Shown: positions 39,271 to 52,493 of the stretch, in pieces
Position numbering within the stretch: the stretch's first letter is position 1
Layout of the letters: the number at the start of each line of letters is the position of its first letter
NCBI RefSeq assembly: GCF_037042905.1
Contig: NC_087250.1
Span: 7,752,001-7,816,000, forward strand
Direction: 5' to 3'
DNA: 64,000 nt
Origin: Lytechinus pictus
Taxonomy: Eukaryota
Made by a program: the position numbers and the translations under genes
Notes under the pieces: model-generated
What the model saw: only the letters and a program-made list of their open reading frames with translations
The model's database searches: none
What the model was told of the DNA's origin: nothing

Positions 39271-42068
39271 ACGACTTCTAGTAGTACATTTTGATACATT
39301 GTCATTACATTAGAATCTTTTAACGCGGACTGTATACATCAAAACATTAGATTTATTATCAATTATAAGAGAAAGCATACTAAGCCTGTATGGCAAACCA
39401 TGTACAATATTATGCGATAGATTATATCAATTATACTATCTAGGGATGTTGCAGGTGTCACAGACTTCCACCTACAACGTACATAATAAAAAGAAGTCTG
39501 ATTTAGCAACCTAGATTTATTTCTTTCCCTCTTGCTATAGAGGAACAGTTCTCTTTCGTATGAATAACAAATGTCAATAGGTGTTGCATGTGCTAAAATA
39601 CGGCTCAACTTTCCCCAAAACCACTTCACGCAACATTAGCCCTGCACAAAAGCCCTGTGAGATTCGGTACAAGTACGACACGAAAGCAAAGAAAAGAAAG
39701 AGGAATTAAAACCTTTTATTCCTCCTTAAAACCAGTGTACAGAGCCTCACTGTGGTTGTGCAATAAGCTGATTCCATAAGGAGCTGTCTTTTTTTCTTTA
39801 CTCCGCATATCAGTCATCAATAAAAATCCTCAATACAATATCACAGTCTGAACTCTTTGTCTATTGAGTCTGTCAGTGTCGAACGATCTCTACGCTCGTT
39901 GAGGCAAGGGCTTGTTCTTAAGACTTCCGTTGCTTGCCGATTAGACACCGGAGCTGAGCTAGCCCATGACTGTCTTGCGGAGAAGTGCTGAAACAAAACT
40001 TGACAAGTTCTTTTTTATGAGTTGATAGACGCGGCAGAGGAAGGTGTCATTAGACCTCTATGGACCGTTCCGATATATGACTCCGGTTTTGAGTGGAACC
40101 CGTGCAAGGTGTATGGAGGTTGTGTAGAATAGTCTCTAAAACTTGAAAAGATCTAAGGAAGTTGATAGACAGAAGAAATCTCAAGGGGAACCTTTGCAAA
40201 GTGTATGAAGGCTGTTTTGAATAATCTTTAAAAACTTCACAAGATCTTTCAAGGAGTTGATAGACGGGGCAAAGGAACTTCGGAAGGTGTTGTTGGACTA
40301 TAGACTGACAGGTGCAGACAGTTCCCAACGTCTCGTCTTGAGTGCTTCGTGTGCAAGGTGTATGCAGGCTGCTCGACGTAGTCTCTACATTCTGTGCACC
40401 ATCTCCACCTCTGTTACAAACCAACAGACGCATTACAGTGGGCAGCTCTGACTCGGATTATTATTCTCTTGTTGTTTCCTCGCAAGACAGGATGGTCACA
40501 ACCATTAGATCTTAATATTTTGGTTTAAAGAGGCTTCAAGTATATGTGTTCTCAGGAGGTTCTTCCTGTAAAAAGTGTGGCTACCAGCTTTCTTGTGAAT
40601 ACTAATGGTTAGGATTCAATAACATTATATTTGTGGAATTTGTGCATTTTTCACTACATCCTTGAACAATTCATTGATTTTAGTAGCGATAAACAAACTG
40701 AATACCCAGTAAAAGATTGATTTGCTCTTCCCATGGACCTATACTACAGAAGACAGACTACTGACTGTAACTACTAGAAGAAATTAGAGAAGGAATATCA
40801 AATGTTCTTTTATCTTTAGATTGCAATACAGGACTGCAAGTTCAGTTGAGATCTATTTCTCGTTTCACTTGTTACAAGAGATCCACGGTGTCATGTATCC
40901 CCATAATCAACATTGTTTAGATCATCAGTGTTATATATCCTTGTAATCAACATTGTTTAAAGGTAACCCTGGATTTCAATGGATTAATGAAGGAGCTTGC
41001 CCATTCTACCAGCTTGTTGAGCCGTAATCCCGATTGTCCGCATCTAGTCACCCTTAGAATTCAAATCAGGTCATTCTTTAAAGCAGTAAGGACCTAGCTG
41101 TAATACAAGAAAGACTGTCTGCCTCCAATCTGCTTTTCTTCTTATTGTGGATATAATAATCTGTATTGTTTGTGACCTTTGTGCACTGGCCCCAAAGACA
41201 TACCTGAAGAGCCTGCACCACTTGCTTTCATAGAACAGTCATCAAGGAGAGAAGAGCTGAGTATTTCATTTTCATGCCCATCCAGGCATAGCAGCTTACA
41301 TTGTCTTGCAGATTGTCTTTGACAATACATGGATCACCCCAAGTCAACAAGAAGAAACCTTTGATTCGGGAAGGGCAATATTAGAGATTGTCAATGCATG
41401 ACATTACCATTATATCCTCAAGCAAGGAATTCTCATTCTTTTTACACCAAAACCAGGCAGTGTATGTTCACTCATCAAATACATTTGATTGAGGACATTT
41501 GCACGTGCTTTGTGAATTGATACATGAGGATTTTTTCTTCTATTTGGAACACATTAGGAACATAGTCTGGACTTAAGCCAGTGCTAGACTTCAATGTCAT
41601 CCTCATAAGTTCCTAGCAGTGTATTTTCCTACGGACTCTGTGCTCACCATATACCCTTTGCTTGAGGACATTGGCACTTGCTGCACAAATCGATACACGA
41701 AGCCGAAGGGGAATCTACCTCCTATTTGCATCCTATCTCGTCACAAGACTTTACCCCAAGTTTAATTTGCAGATCATTTACTGCGTGACAGACTGTCTGT
41801 TAAACAAACATAAGATAACAGGAAAACACTTAATTTGCAACCTTTGAAGTGTACTCTGGACAACGGTCGGCCCTTATTAGGGTTGTCACTAGCGGAAAGG
41901 GGGCGAAGCTTGTAGCCTCGGCAGTGCCACCACTGGCGGCGGCGGTGTTGCTCCACAACGGTACGAGTCATTGGATTGTGTGTTGGTTGTGTCGAGGACA
42001 CCTGTTACAGGATAGGAATCCATAGACTGTGATTTATTTGTGTTGGATTAATACAAGGTTTGCTCAAC

Positions 42069-42096
42069 ATGGCGACCATGCAGCCAATTATTAGAG
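42069..42096 (+). CDS. Coding part of an alternative first exon (MATMQPIIR-E)
   Basis: Strong Kozak CAACATGG. 28 nt ending in a phase-1 donor AGAG|GTAGGT, in frame with the exon at 62953. GC/CpG-richer patch upstream (~41860-41970). Confidence 0.7.
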
Positions 42097-44637
42097 GTAG
42101 GTTATCACCTAAGTTCTAACTTTTTTATAATAAGATTTTTAAAGATTTTGTAGAGTAGTGTTTTAAAATATTAATTTTCAAATGGCAATGTACATACTCT
42201 ACACCACTCATTCAATGAACAAGGTTATGATATAACCTTGTTCTCAGTTATATCTCCATGTGTGGCAAAATAAGGATGGCAATGTTTGGCTTATTTTCTC
42301 TTTTTCTTTGGGAAAAATGCTTGATTTTTTTACACTGACAGTTTCCATCACAGTTATTCGTCATACAACTTGGCCCTTAAGTAAATTTGATTCTTTAAAT
42401 TATTTTTTCTTAATTAAAAATAGAGATTAAAAAATGAAAATTTTCTTGCCATATTATTTTCTATCAATAGAGGGCGTACACAAAAATATGCCCAAAATTC
42501 ACGTTTTTGAGCGCTCTAGTGAATACAAAAATTATTCCCAAGTTACTGATGAAAAATAAATTGCAACTGTATCGAAATTAGTAATTTTGGTCACAAAAGT
42601 GATATTTTAATCATTTTTTAAAGTGTGTGCTGTGTACAGCATTGGCATGCCATAGTCCTACCTGTAGATTCTCCACAGGCAGGATGGTTGCAGTGAACAA
42701 GTGCTCTACACCAGACCTACCAGATGTATAGTACATGTACAATAACACCAGTTGGTGGACTGTACTTTATCAGAAGAAGAAGAAAAGTTTGGATCTGATA
42801 TTTTTGGATGATGGGCCCCTTGCCATCTTAGTTATGGTAACCTAAAACCTGTCGCAGATGGTTGCATTTTAAGCTGCATATTATTGCATTAGCTGAGAAG
42901 ACCATTACCCAGCCTAACGCAGTATACTATTCGGTATTCGGGTGCAATCACACTTTTGCCTACGAGCTCATCAGGGATCGTACAGAGTTGCATGCATTAG
43001 AATGAAGTGATACAAGCTAAAGTGAGACAATTTAAGGTAAATCGAGCACTAACGCTGTAAAAATGCCTGCGTAAGCCGCTCGTTGCTTGTTCTTGCACAT
43101 CCTTTGCTCCTTCCCATTCGTCTTTGCTCGTATGAATTTTGGTTGCGTTCAGATGTGGATGTTTGAAAAAATACAAACTACCAAGCTCAAACCCAATACC
43201 TCTGCGAAATGACCTTGTATTACATGTAGCTTGTTTCATTGTGTTTGTTTTGCGTTCAACAAAGTTTGTCTGCGTTCAGGCAGTCTGCAGCTGAACGCAA
43301 GCCATAACGCAAAGGCACGAGCCAGGCTATTAGCCTACTGTACAATTGTCATATTGTACAATTTATAAAGCCCAGATCTTGATGCAGAGCCCTATTGGGC
43401 ACAAAAAATCATTAGTAATTTTTTTTTATATTGGTATTGTATGTTAGCTGATTTCTGTACATTCATTTGTTGGTTATGAGTAAATTTTAAAAAAATTTCA
43501 TAGTACCTTGAGGCCACAAATAGACATTGCCTGTGAATCCGTGAATAAAGATAATCAATTATAAGGCAAATATAAATGTATTCCTATTTGCTACTACTTC
43601 GCAGTTTGAGTTAGCTTTGACATTTTAATCGCTTGGTATTTTGGAAAGGTCACAACACTCAGGTTAAATGTTATGTCAGACAATGTCAATATGCCTTGTT
43701 GTTGTCTTATGAGTACAGATTGGTTTGATCAAACAATACTTAACATACATGAAGGATGTTTAGTGAGGGGGCTGGTTACGTACTGCTAGACTCTGTAGAG
43801 GAGAGATGGCTGTGTTTTTAATAAGCCGAAATTTGTTCAAGCCAGGAAAAAAATGACACGGGGGCTCGGGGTGATTTACCCCTCAAAATGCTCAAAAGGG
43901 CCCTGGAAAATCTAAAAAGACTGCTGGAAAATCCCCATTCGCTGCGATGTAAAACTTACCAAATGTTTCAGACAATAGGCAGGAGGTTGAAAAAGTAGCC
44001 CCTGAAAAAAAAAATTGTCTGGTTCTAGCTTACAGTCTGTTCACTGCCCTTGGCACAAAGAAATAAACAGATATTTTACTTTCACAGTGCACCCGGTCTA
44101 AATAATTTATTGTCGTTATATGAACTTCATAAACTTTATAAACTTTCTCCACTCCTTGGGGAGCATCCCAACACTTTCGTTTCCAAACGATTTACACAGT
44201 AAAAACGCTGTTTGAAATTTTATGCAGTGCTGTCTACTACATGAACCTTATAGTACATGTATACCCCTTTCATAAACCTAACCTCCAATTAGCCGCCTAA
44301 TAGTAATGCAGATAATTCAATAAAAATTGCGTTCACAAACTCCGAAAATTATCCGCATTATTTTTACGAGCGCCCGTCCTGAAAAAGGCGGATAATCGTC
44401 ATGACAACTGGACACGCCCCCTCCGATGCGTTTGTGTTGGAAAAGGGTGACCTTGTGACCGCACCATGGCAATTATCCGCATTATTTTTATGCAAAATCT
44501 ATTAAATTAACTTTATTGCCATTATATAATCTTTATAAACTTTTTGGACTTTTTCCACTCCTTGGGGAGCATCCCAACACTTGAGTTTCCAAACTCAATT
44601 TGCTAGGCATTCTACATAGGCTTTCACATCCTACCAG

Positions 44638-44806
44638 GTGGGTGTTTCATAAAGCTGTTCGTAAAAGAGCGACTTTACGAACGACTGGTGATCCTTTCTT
44701 GTTGTTAATGGTATATTGAATTTGCAATGGTTAAGCGCGTAAGAAAGGTTCACCAGTCTTTCTTAAAGTCGCTCTTAACTTAAGAACAGCTTTATGAAAC
44801 GGCCCC
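44638..44806. mobile_element. Harbinger-like MITE inserted in a SINE fragment
   Basis: CAG|GTGGGTGTTTCATAAAGCTG...CAGCTTTATGAAACGGCCCC|CAG. Same family as 15876-16262. Confidence 0.85.
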
Positions 44807-45089
44807 CAGGTATCTATGGACACCTGGGTGGAAAGTGGCATGTGGATTTAAAAACAGTGTTTTCAAATTCTCACATGACTTCATATTTTCTTCCTCAAAT
44901 TTTATTTCCTCCCTGTAACAAAAGATCCTAACATTGTCACATCATGGACCTACCCACTTCTAGTTGTCGTTTTACACCATTAGGTCATGTGGACTTTATT
45001 ATTGACTGAGCATCAATAACACTAGAGACAGATCAAGATAAGATTACAAAGGACAACAAAATAACTGTCTATTTAGCTAAACGATTTAC

Positions 45090-45325
45090 ACAGTAAAAAC
45101 GCTGTTTGAAATTTCATGCAGTGCTGTCTACTACATGAACCTTATAGTACATGTAGATGTTCAACAGTTGAAATAAGCATGGTTGATTTATTGAAGATGA
45201 AATATAGAAAAATCAAACTTTGTTGATTAAGATTTCAAACACTTGTTTTAACTTTTTAAACAGCCACTGTAGGGTTTATATAGCAAGCAGTGTTGTATAA
45301 AAATCTTATACAACCTTTTACTGTG
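45090..45325. mobile_element. CACAGTAAAA...TTTTACTGTG MITE (CACTA/EnSpm-like termini, TA flanks)
   Basis: TA|CACAGTAAAA...TTTTACTGTG|TA. Confidence 0.65.
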
Positions 45326-45892
45326 TAAGTAGAAACTTTGATCTGGACATTATGATTGCTTGTGAAGCGTTCAGTTAATGGGTACAATTTGAAATTGAGA
45401 TGTCTTGCAGTTCATTGCAAAAAAAAAATTGTTCGAAAAATAGCCTACGCTGATACATTTACTGTAGTGAACAAGTAAACGAGTTTGTGAAGTTTTTCAA
45501 AGACAAGCTTTGGTCAAATTTTTCAACAAAATCTGTTGGTCAGGTCACCAATAATTGGTCAAAAAATAGACAGTTTGTCAAATTTTTAGCTAAATTTGAC
45601 CAATGAATTAAACAGTTTGACCAATTAATTAGTAAAACAGTTTGTCCAACAGATAGGCCTACACAAAAAGAAATGTCTTTTTTGGCAGTCTTTCAAATAT
45701 ACCTGACATAGTTCATGTTAATGTTCATGTACATATTGACATTGCATATGTATATACGGCAATGGTAACAGCAACAATACCTGACTGTATTCAAACCCAT
45801 TCTAGTTCATGCTTTAGCCTGAAAGTGAGCAATAATTGATATGAAATAAGGATGTGGCACATTATCGCTAACGAGAACCTCAATAGATTTCC

Positions 45893-46208
45893 GTTGCTAG
45901 GTAACGCTTAGTCACTTTAGTCACCACTCGGCTTAGCAAGCAACATTTGGTCGTTTTACCCGGCTCCGGAAACGTCCCATTTTGATTTTGAGATTGGATT
46001 AGTTCTTAATCCGATTAAAGCCTTTTAATGAGATGATGTGATTTAGGGAGGATTATACTGAAACCGAGAATTGCATGTGCTGGAGTGTATTTCATCGATA
46101 GACAATCGTTCGGTAGCGTCGCACCGATCAACGTGGAATTGACTCCGATTGGCTTTCGCACACCTTACATTCGCCTAGTCTGCAGGCACAGACCCCGATT
46201 GAACCAAT
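45893..46208. promoter_or_regulatory. Candidate intronic promoter/enhancer with an RFX X-box
   Basis: GTTGCTAGGTAAC (45893-45905), CCGGAA (45966), CCAAT boxes (45993, 46148, 46204), in a locally CpG-rich stretch not repeated in the window. Confidence 0.45.
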
Positions 46209-47254
46209 GATCGACAAGTTGGTCTTCCACGCAAGACTAGCGCAACTAAAACTTGCTGTATCAATTTCAGAGTGTGAAACAATGTGTGTTTCAATTTCAG
46301 TGTGTCCACAAGTCATTGGCAGGGGACCTTAGGCTGCATGTTCAGACCACTTTTCTAGTTTTCTTGAATAAAAGGTTGGCACTGCAGACTAACGTTTGCC
46401 TGACTTTTGCTGCGTTTATCAGGGTAGGAATGGTCGGATTCAGGTTTCAAAGCAGATTACAAGATACTCTTTGCGGGTGATAAATGAAATGGATTTTGAT
46501 TAAGGGGTTTAAAAAGCCTTTTTTGACTATGCAGATTTGTGCAATCCGAAATACTTTTGAGCCAGATGATGTGTGGGTTTCTTTTGTAGAGATGAGTGGA
46601 GATTGTATTTTATTCACAAGAGTTTTATAAAAAAAAATTGATGCTGAAATCCTGGAAAAATTACATGAATACAAATTTGTTCAGACAGTATATCAAGTTA
46701 ATAAAGATCTAACTTGGTACCAAAAGTTTGAAGCCAATGGTCTAGGATTTTACTCATCACTTGACAATGTTACTTTAAATCACCTGTTTGATGTTGCTAT
46801 GTTAGGTAAACCCTTTGCAAGCCTACATATTGTGGAGAACAGCCTTACCACAAAAAACCTGTCTATCTTAGTATCTTACTTGGTGCTAAACCAGTGGGCT
46901 GTAGGCTTTTGTTTGTTAATGGTTAACATTGATTTCAAGTAACCTTTCATATGTTGCTTTGTCAGAGAGGTAATACAGTGTATGCCTAAAAATGTAAAAA
47001 ATGTCATTTTTAGGGGGTACTGGTGAGCTTTCTGAATATATAATTTGATTTATTAATAGTTCCCTTGCTCTTATGGCAACAAAAGAAAGGGAAATCCCCT
47101 AATTACTGTGAAGTATACTAGACTCGTCTGCCAGATTTCTCTAGTGGGCATTCAATGAGTTATGAAAATATCTGTGTCTCGGAGTCTTTGACTTGCCTCG
47201 TCATCAGCTGAAGCACTTTTGTTTCTTGCTTGCAAGTTTGCAACCATTATTTAA

Positions 47255-47645
47255 AGGTAAAAGAAAGTAGTTGCAGCAAACAATTATCTCATGAGAACGT
47301 CTTTAAAATCAAGGTTAATTGTCACCATGTTCATTTATCTAGATCTGGTACATTGAAATCAACTTAGCTTTATGAAATCACAATATCTTAGCTGAAAACC
47401 AATAATTCTGATGATCACCAACACAAAAAGGGCATATGTTGGACAGTATTAATATTTGTTTGGAAAAATACCCGACATATTATGGAATTCCATGCTTATT
47501 TTGCTCATTTCTCAGCAATTACACTTTTTTTTAAGAGTCATTTGGCACACATTTTTTTATTTATACATACAAACATGTGGGTGGTCATTTTGTTTGATTC
47601 TGTTCGAACTCATTTTGAGATCGTTACCACAAGTGGTATTTGTCT
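47255..47645 (+). mobile_element. Kolobok-like MITE family A, full copy
   Basis: TTAA|AGGTAAAAG...TTTGTCT|TTAA: TTAA TSD and purine-purine start typical of Kolobok. At least 6 copies in the window. Confidence 0.85.
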
Positions 47646-48298
47646 TTAAATGGATGATGAAGGAAAGAAATGCTCGAAACATGACTCTAATATATTATGG
47701 TCCAATTGGATCATCACTGTACTTTGTTATTTTGTCAGTCATAACTTATATACTTGTATTTATTTCATAGAAAAATCTCATATCATTCTTTTAAGCCTTC
47801 CATTATTCCTTAGTTAGTAAATTATTAGTATTTTTCAATAAACTTACATTTATCTTCTATTTCATATCTTCAAAAAAAAAAATAGTGTACTTGTGGATAG
47901 CAAGATTTTCCTCTTCCTAGCCCATATGAAGGTATACAGATGTAGCTAATATTGCAAATTCAAAAGACCAAAAATGGAAAAATATTCCCCCCCCCCCAAC
48001 CCGGATTGGGGCTATCAACTTGTTATCATAATTATCCCATTATTTGCTCCTTTAAAAACTAACTTACAATCTCTATATCAGGAATGATTTTATCGCCCAA
48101 GATGATCTCAAACGGTTAAACCAAATGTGTTTCTGAAATAGAATGGTTATTTTTAGTATTCTGGATGTTCCAACGCTCACTGAGTTAACTGCACCTCTTT
48201 TAGAAATGATCAGAAATTGTTTCAAAAAATAAAGGTTCCAAACTGTATTTTTTAGTGTCTAAATCTTTTTTTTCCTTCTGATCTGTTAAAAAAATAAA

Positions 48299-48403
48299 TA
48301 CTACTATACTACTACTGCCACTATATTATTACTACTTCGAAGTTCTACTTCTACTTCTTCTAATACTACCACCACCACCACCACCACCACCACCACCACC
48401 ACC

Positions 48404-48447
<44 letters not shown>

Positions 48448-48477
48448 ACTACTACTACTACACCACTACTACTACTA

Positions 48478-48527
<50 letters not shown>

Positions 48528-48537
48528 TTACTAAGGT

Positions 48538-48584
<47 letters not shown>

Positions 48585-48645
48585 TTTACTAAGGTCTTCT
48601 ACTACTACCACCACTACTACTACTAGTCTACTGCTACTTCTTCTT

Positions 48646-48676
<31 letters not shown>

Positions 48677-48689
48677 ACTACTACTTCTA

Positions 48690-48727
<38 letters not shown>

Positions 48728-48805
48728 TTACTAAGGTCTACTACTACTACCACTACTACTACTAGTCTACTGCTACTTCTACTACTACTACTACTACTAC
48801 TACTG

Positions 48806-48853
<48 letters not shown>

Positions 48854-48940
48854 TTACTACTGCTACTACTACTACTACTACTCAGTACTACTACTATTAC
48901 TACTACTATTACTACTACTACAACTGCTGCTGCTGCTACT
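48299..48940. repeat. (CTA)n/(CCA)n compound microsatellite
   Basis: Direct periodicity. Confidence 0.95.
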
Positions 48941-49171
48941 GTTGTTGCCAGTCCATTATTAGTTACCATACAATTCCTGTTAAATCCAAATACAATATCT
49001 GTTTGACCATATATCATTATGTATGGAACAGTGTGACAGGTATTTTAATTTGTTTAAATTGGTTGAATTTCCAACAGGAAAATGCTTGTTTGGCTTGATG
49101 GTGGGTAAAAAAAATGAAAAGCAAATGAAGGTTATGAGAGGGAATGTACACACTTAGATGATTGTTTTAAG

Positions 49172-49669
49172 GGTTCCATGACATTTACTCCGGCGACAAT
49201 TGCTCCGGCGACAATTTCTCCGATGGAAAATATGCATGTACATACCGGTGTGTTGGCTCAGTTGGTAGAGCGTCCGTCTCACAACCGGGAGGTCGGGGGT
49301 TCAAACCCCGACGGCGTCAGACCAAAAGACGTTAAAAGATGGAAGTTGCTGCTACCCTGTTTGGCGATCAATGATTAAATGGATAGATCATCGTCGATCT
49401 GGCGCTGCACAGCGGCTGCCTGGCCCACGATCAATTGGGCAAAGCAAATTTTCGGAGTATTTCATTTCATGTCTATTTCGAACAATGAAATATGGAATTT
49501 CATCATCATGTTAAGCCAAACATAAAATCTAACCTCCAAATCTAAATAAACCCTTATCATTATTGCATTATTCTGAACCAAAAACTCTAATGCAATCCAA
49601 ACTCGAACCCGACGCCCTCTGAGATATCAGGATCGGAGCAAATGTCCCAGGAGCAAATGTCATGTCACT
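49172..49669. mobile_element. MITE with 8-bp TSD, hosting a SINE
   Basis: GTTTTAAG|GGTTCCATGACATTT...AAATGTCATGTCACT|GTTTTAAG. Confidence 0.8.
49244..49509 (+). mobile_element. tRNA-derived SINE
   Basis: A box TGGCTCAGTTGG (49254-49265), B box GGTTCAAACCC (49298-49308), tRNA-unrelated body, (CAT)n end. Confidence 0.85.
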
Positions 49670-50541
49670 GTTTTAAGACATAGAAAAAAAGACATAAAGA
49701 AACCATTTATAATCTAAAAATATGAATCCAGGTACATGTTTTTTATAACTATCAGATATGGGAATTTATTAGAATTTCTAGAGACAAAGTAAAAATGTTT
49801 CTTGTCAGGAAAGTCAGAAAGACAAAGTATCTGTCATTTAAAGGAATATAATATTCTTAGTATAATGTTCATTTTAAACATGTAAAAAAAGGAAATAAAA
49901 GTCCCTCTTAATCTTTTGCAAAGGGTCATTATGGTCAGCCCTTAATTGACCACCTCTTTGCCTTTCCAAACAAAATGCTTTTCCGTCCAAATTTTGGTTG
50001 ACCGAAACATATTGAAATTGAAGACAAACTTTCAGAGGGCAATCCTGCAAAAATAACAAATGTAACTACTGTAGATTTCCCAGTAAAAATGCGATAAAAA
50101 AAACAGTTTGGTTAGTGTGTTCTTTAATATTGAACAGCATGCGAAACAATTTCTTGAGATTTCTTGATACTTTTTTTTTTTTGGGGGGGGGGGGGGCTGT
50201 ACTGCCCTTTCTCAATGTCTTCAATTTTGAACACTTTTCTCCTGAAAATGTCTTGTCCTGGTAAGGGGAGCTTGTTCCCCCCCCCCCCTGATCACCATCT
50301 ATGTTGAGCAGTATTCCCAAACACACTGAACCCACAACCTATGTGAATTAAGCTGTAGTGTCACATCGAATAAGCTGAATTTCATGGCTAGCTAACATTT
50401 TGGTTAGCAACGCTGCGGTTTTGCTGAACGGTATTCTTTTTTCTGTCTGCCTGTATGAGTCAGTGAGGTACATTTCCCCATAAAGCTACAAGGAGTTTTA
50501 CAATAAAAAAATACAAAACCATGTTCACATGGCACTGTAGA

Positions 50542-50991
50542 GAGCGAAGTTGGCTCAGTCGGTAAAGTGTCTGCCCGTCTAACCAAAGATCGTGGGTTCG
50601 AGTCCACCCCGCGCGGATGACCGAAGCCAGTGCGTTGTGTGTAAACGTCTCTCCCCTGTTTCATAGATGCTGGCTATGTTAAAAATGTGGAAAATACTCC
50701 GTCCCTCGGATAGGACGTTAAATGGAGGCCCCGTGTAGAGGAGAGTCACCACCTTTGCACGTTAAGAAACCACTGCACTATTTGAATAAGAGTAGGGGGA
50801 AACCCTGGTGCAGTGGTCCACCTGCAGTCCCCCAAGCAGTTATATCGGGAGGAGTGACCTGCGGGTCACATTTCTGTGTGTGCGCCCTTCTAGGCGACTC
50901 AGATTGGCTTGCTCCTCCAAAAATGCGCCTTTGAATGTCTTTGACAGATACATGGCGATATACAAATGCTGTGCATCATCATCATCATCAT
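50542..50991 (+). mobile_element. DeuSINE-type tRNA SINE
   Basis: A box TGGCTCAGTCGG and B box GGTTCGAGTCC. Central CCGTCCCTCGGATAGGACGTTAAATGGAGGCCCCG...GCACTATTTGAATAAGAGTAGGGG resembles the Deu domain as I recall it. L2-like tail ending (CAT)n. Confidence 0.85.
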
Positions 50992-51434
50992 CTGTATTCC
51001 AGACCTCGCCTTGTCGGTGCAGGAACGCCCATAGCATCACACTTCCGCGCACCCTATCGGTGCAGAAAACCCTTGTGCGAAACTAAGGACGTTTCTGCGC
51101 ACATGCAATGCGCGAAAGTATGGTACTATGGGTGCTCCTGCAACAACACAACGATTTCAATGCGCGCGGTCAGTCAAAACGTTGTATTGCTCTGTTACAG
51201 TACATGTTTCCAATGGGATTTGCACATTTTATTAAAAAAATGTATGGCATCGCCGTGAAAAATCCTCTTATATCTCAGAAAATAGAATAAATTGCTGCCT
51301 ACAAATTTAGTTACGAATAGAGTAGGACTTGTACTTTAATTTTCTGCAAAAATCTCAAAATAATTTTTTTTTTGGACCAAAATTGACTGATACAACGGTT
51401 CGGATGACCGCCGACGAAATATGCAAAAAGAGAT

Positions 51435-51610
51435 GTGTGTGTGTGTGTATTTGAGTTTTGTCAGACGTGTATCAATCAGATATGATTATTTACGTCTGGG
51501 ACCGACCTTTAACGTCACCATCCGAAAGACGTGACCAGGGCTCGAACCTCTGCATCAATTTGTAACTTCCCCACATAGCTTGGATTACAGGCGCACGCCA
51601 CAACGCCCAG
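51435..51610 (-). mobile_element. 7SL(SRP)-RNA-derived SINE, copy 2
   Basis: Differs from copy 1 by 3 substitutions and a 7-bp indel. (CA)n tail. Possible 6-bp TSD AGAGAT (51429-51434, 51620-51625). Confidence 0.85.
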
Positions 51611-52493
51611 AGAACTTTGAGAGATTAGGCTTTTCCAAGGCTTTTGCCTCTTCAGGGTGATCCTCCACCGAGGATCCGATCTGCAGAATCACTTAGAGCA
51701 TTTAAAAAAAATATATTTTACATCACATCTGTTTTCATCTTATTTTTATGCAATATTGAAGCTAATTTGATCAGTTCATGCATCCAAACATCAAAACATC
51801 TGTAATTCCTAAGCTCCTCCCCCATTCTTGCTGCGCCTCGAATTATTTCACTAGATAGATGGTGCATAATTAATGCTGTATTCATTTATCCGTTCAGACA
51901 ATTTGTATCCATAAATAAATTCTTATAGTTTGCCATATATATGTTTTTTATTCATATTTTGTTCGTAACAGTCTTGCATATTGAGATGGTGTTTAAACTT
52001 CTGCTCGTAGTAATTAATGACATTTTTTCGTTGACCCCCACCCCCCTCCAATGTTAAAATATTCTACATAACACTCTTTGCAGTACGAATGATATAGTAG
52101 TTGTTTAACAGTTTAAATAAGATGTTAAAATCTTAAATGCAAAAGTGTAATTTTTGGTAAATTAAGCATGGTTGTTAAAACCCTTAAAATTACTACTGTA
52201 GATTTCATATAGTAAACAGCATCTAAAATTTTTAACATAATTTTTACTTAATTAACAATCTTGTCTGGATACTCGATATTCATTTTATACTCGAAATTGC
52301 TTCTTTATACCGTACTTCATGACACATTTTTACCTGAGGGATCAGGCGGGTTATTATCAGAGGAAAGGTATAATTACTACAGCAAGAAAAGCTGACATGC
52401 AAGTTCAAAAGGTCAATCATTAAAGCACATGGACAGGTCCAACATTTCAGCCGAATATAGTCTTTTCAGACCTCCTGAGTCATTGGATGTTAA

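Noticed and set aside
49244..49320. Functional tRNA gene
   Set aside because: The acceptor stem does not pair properly, there is no oligo-T terminator, and it continues into a SINE body. The same applies to 50542-50612.
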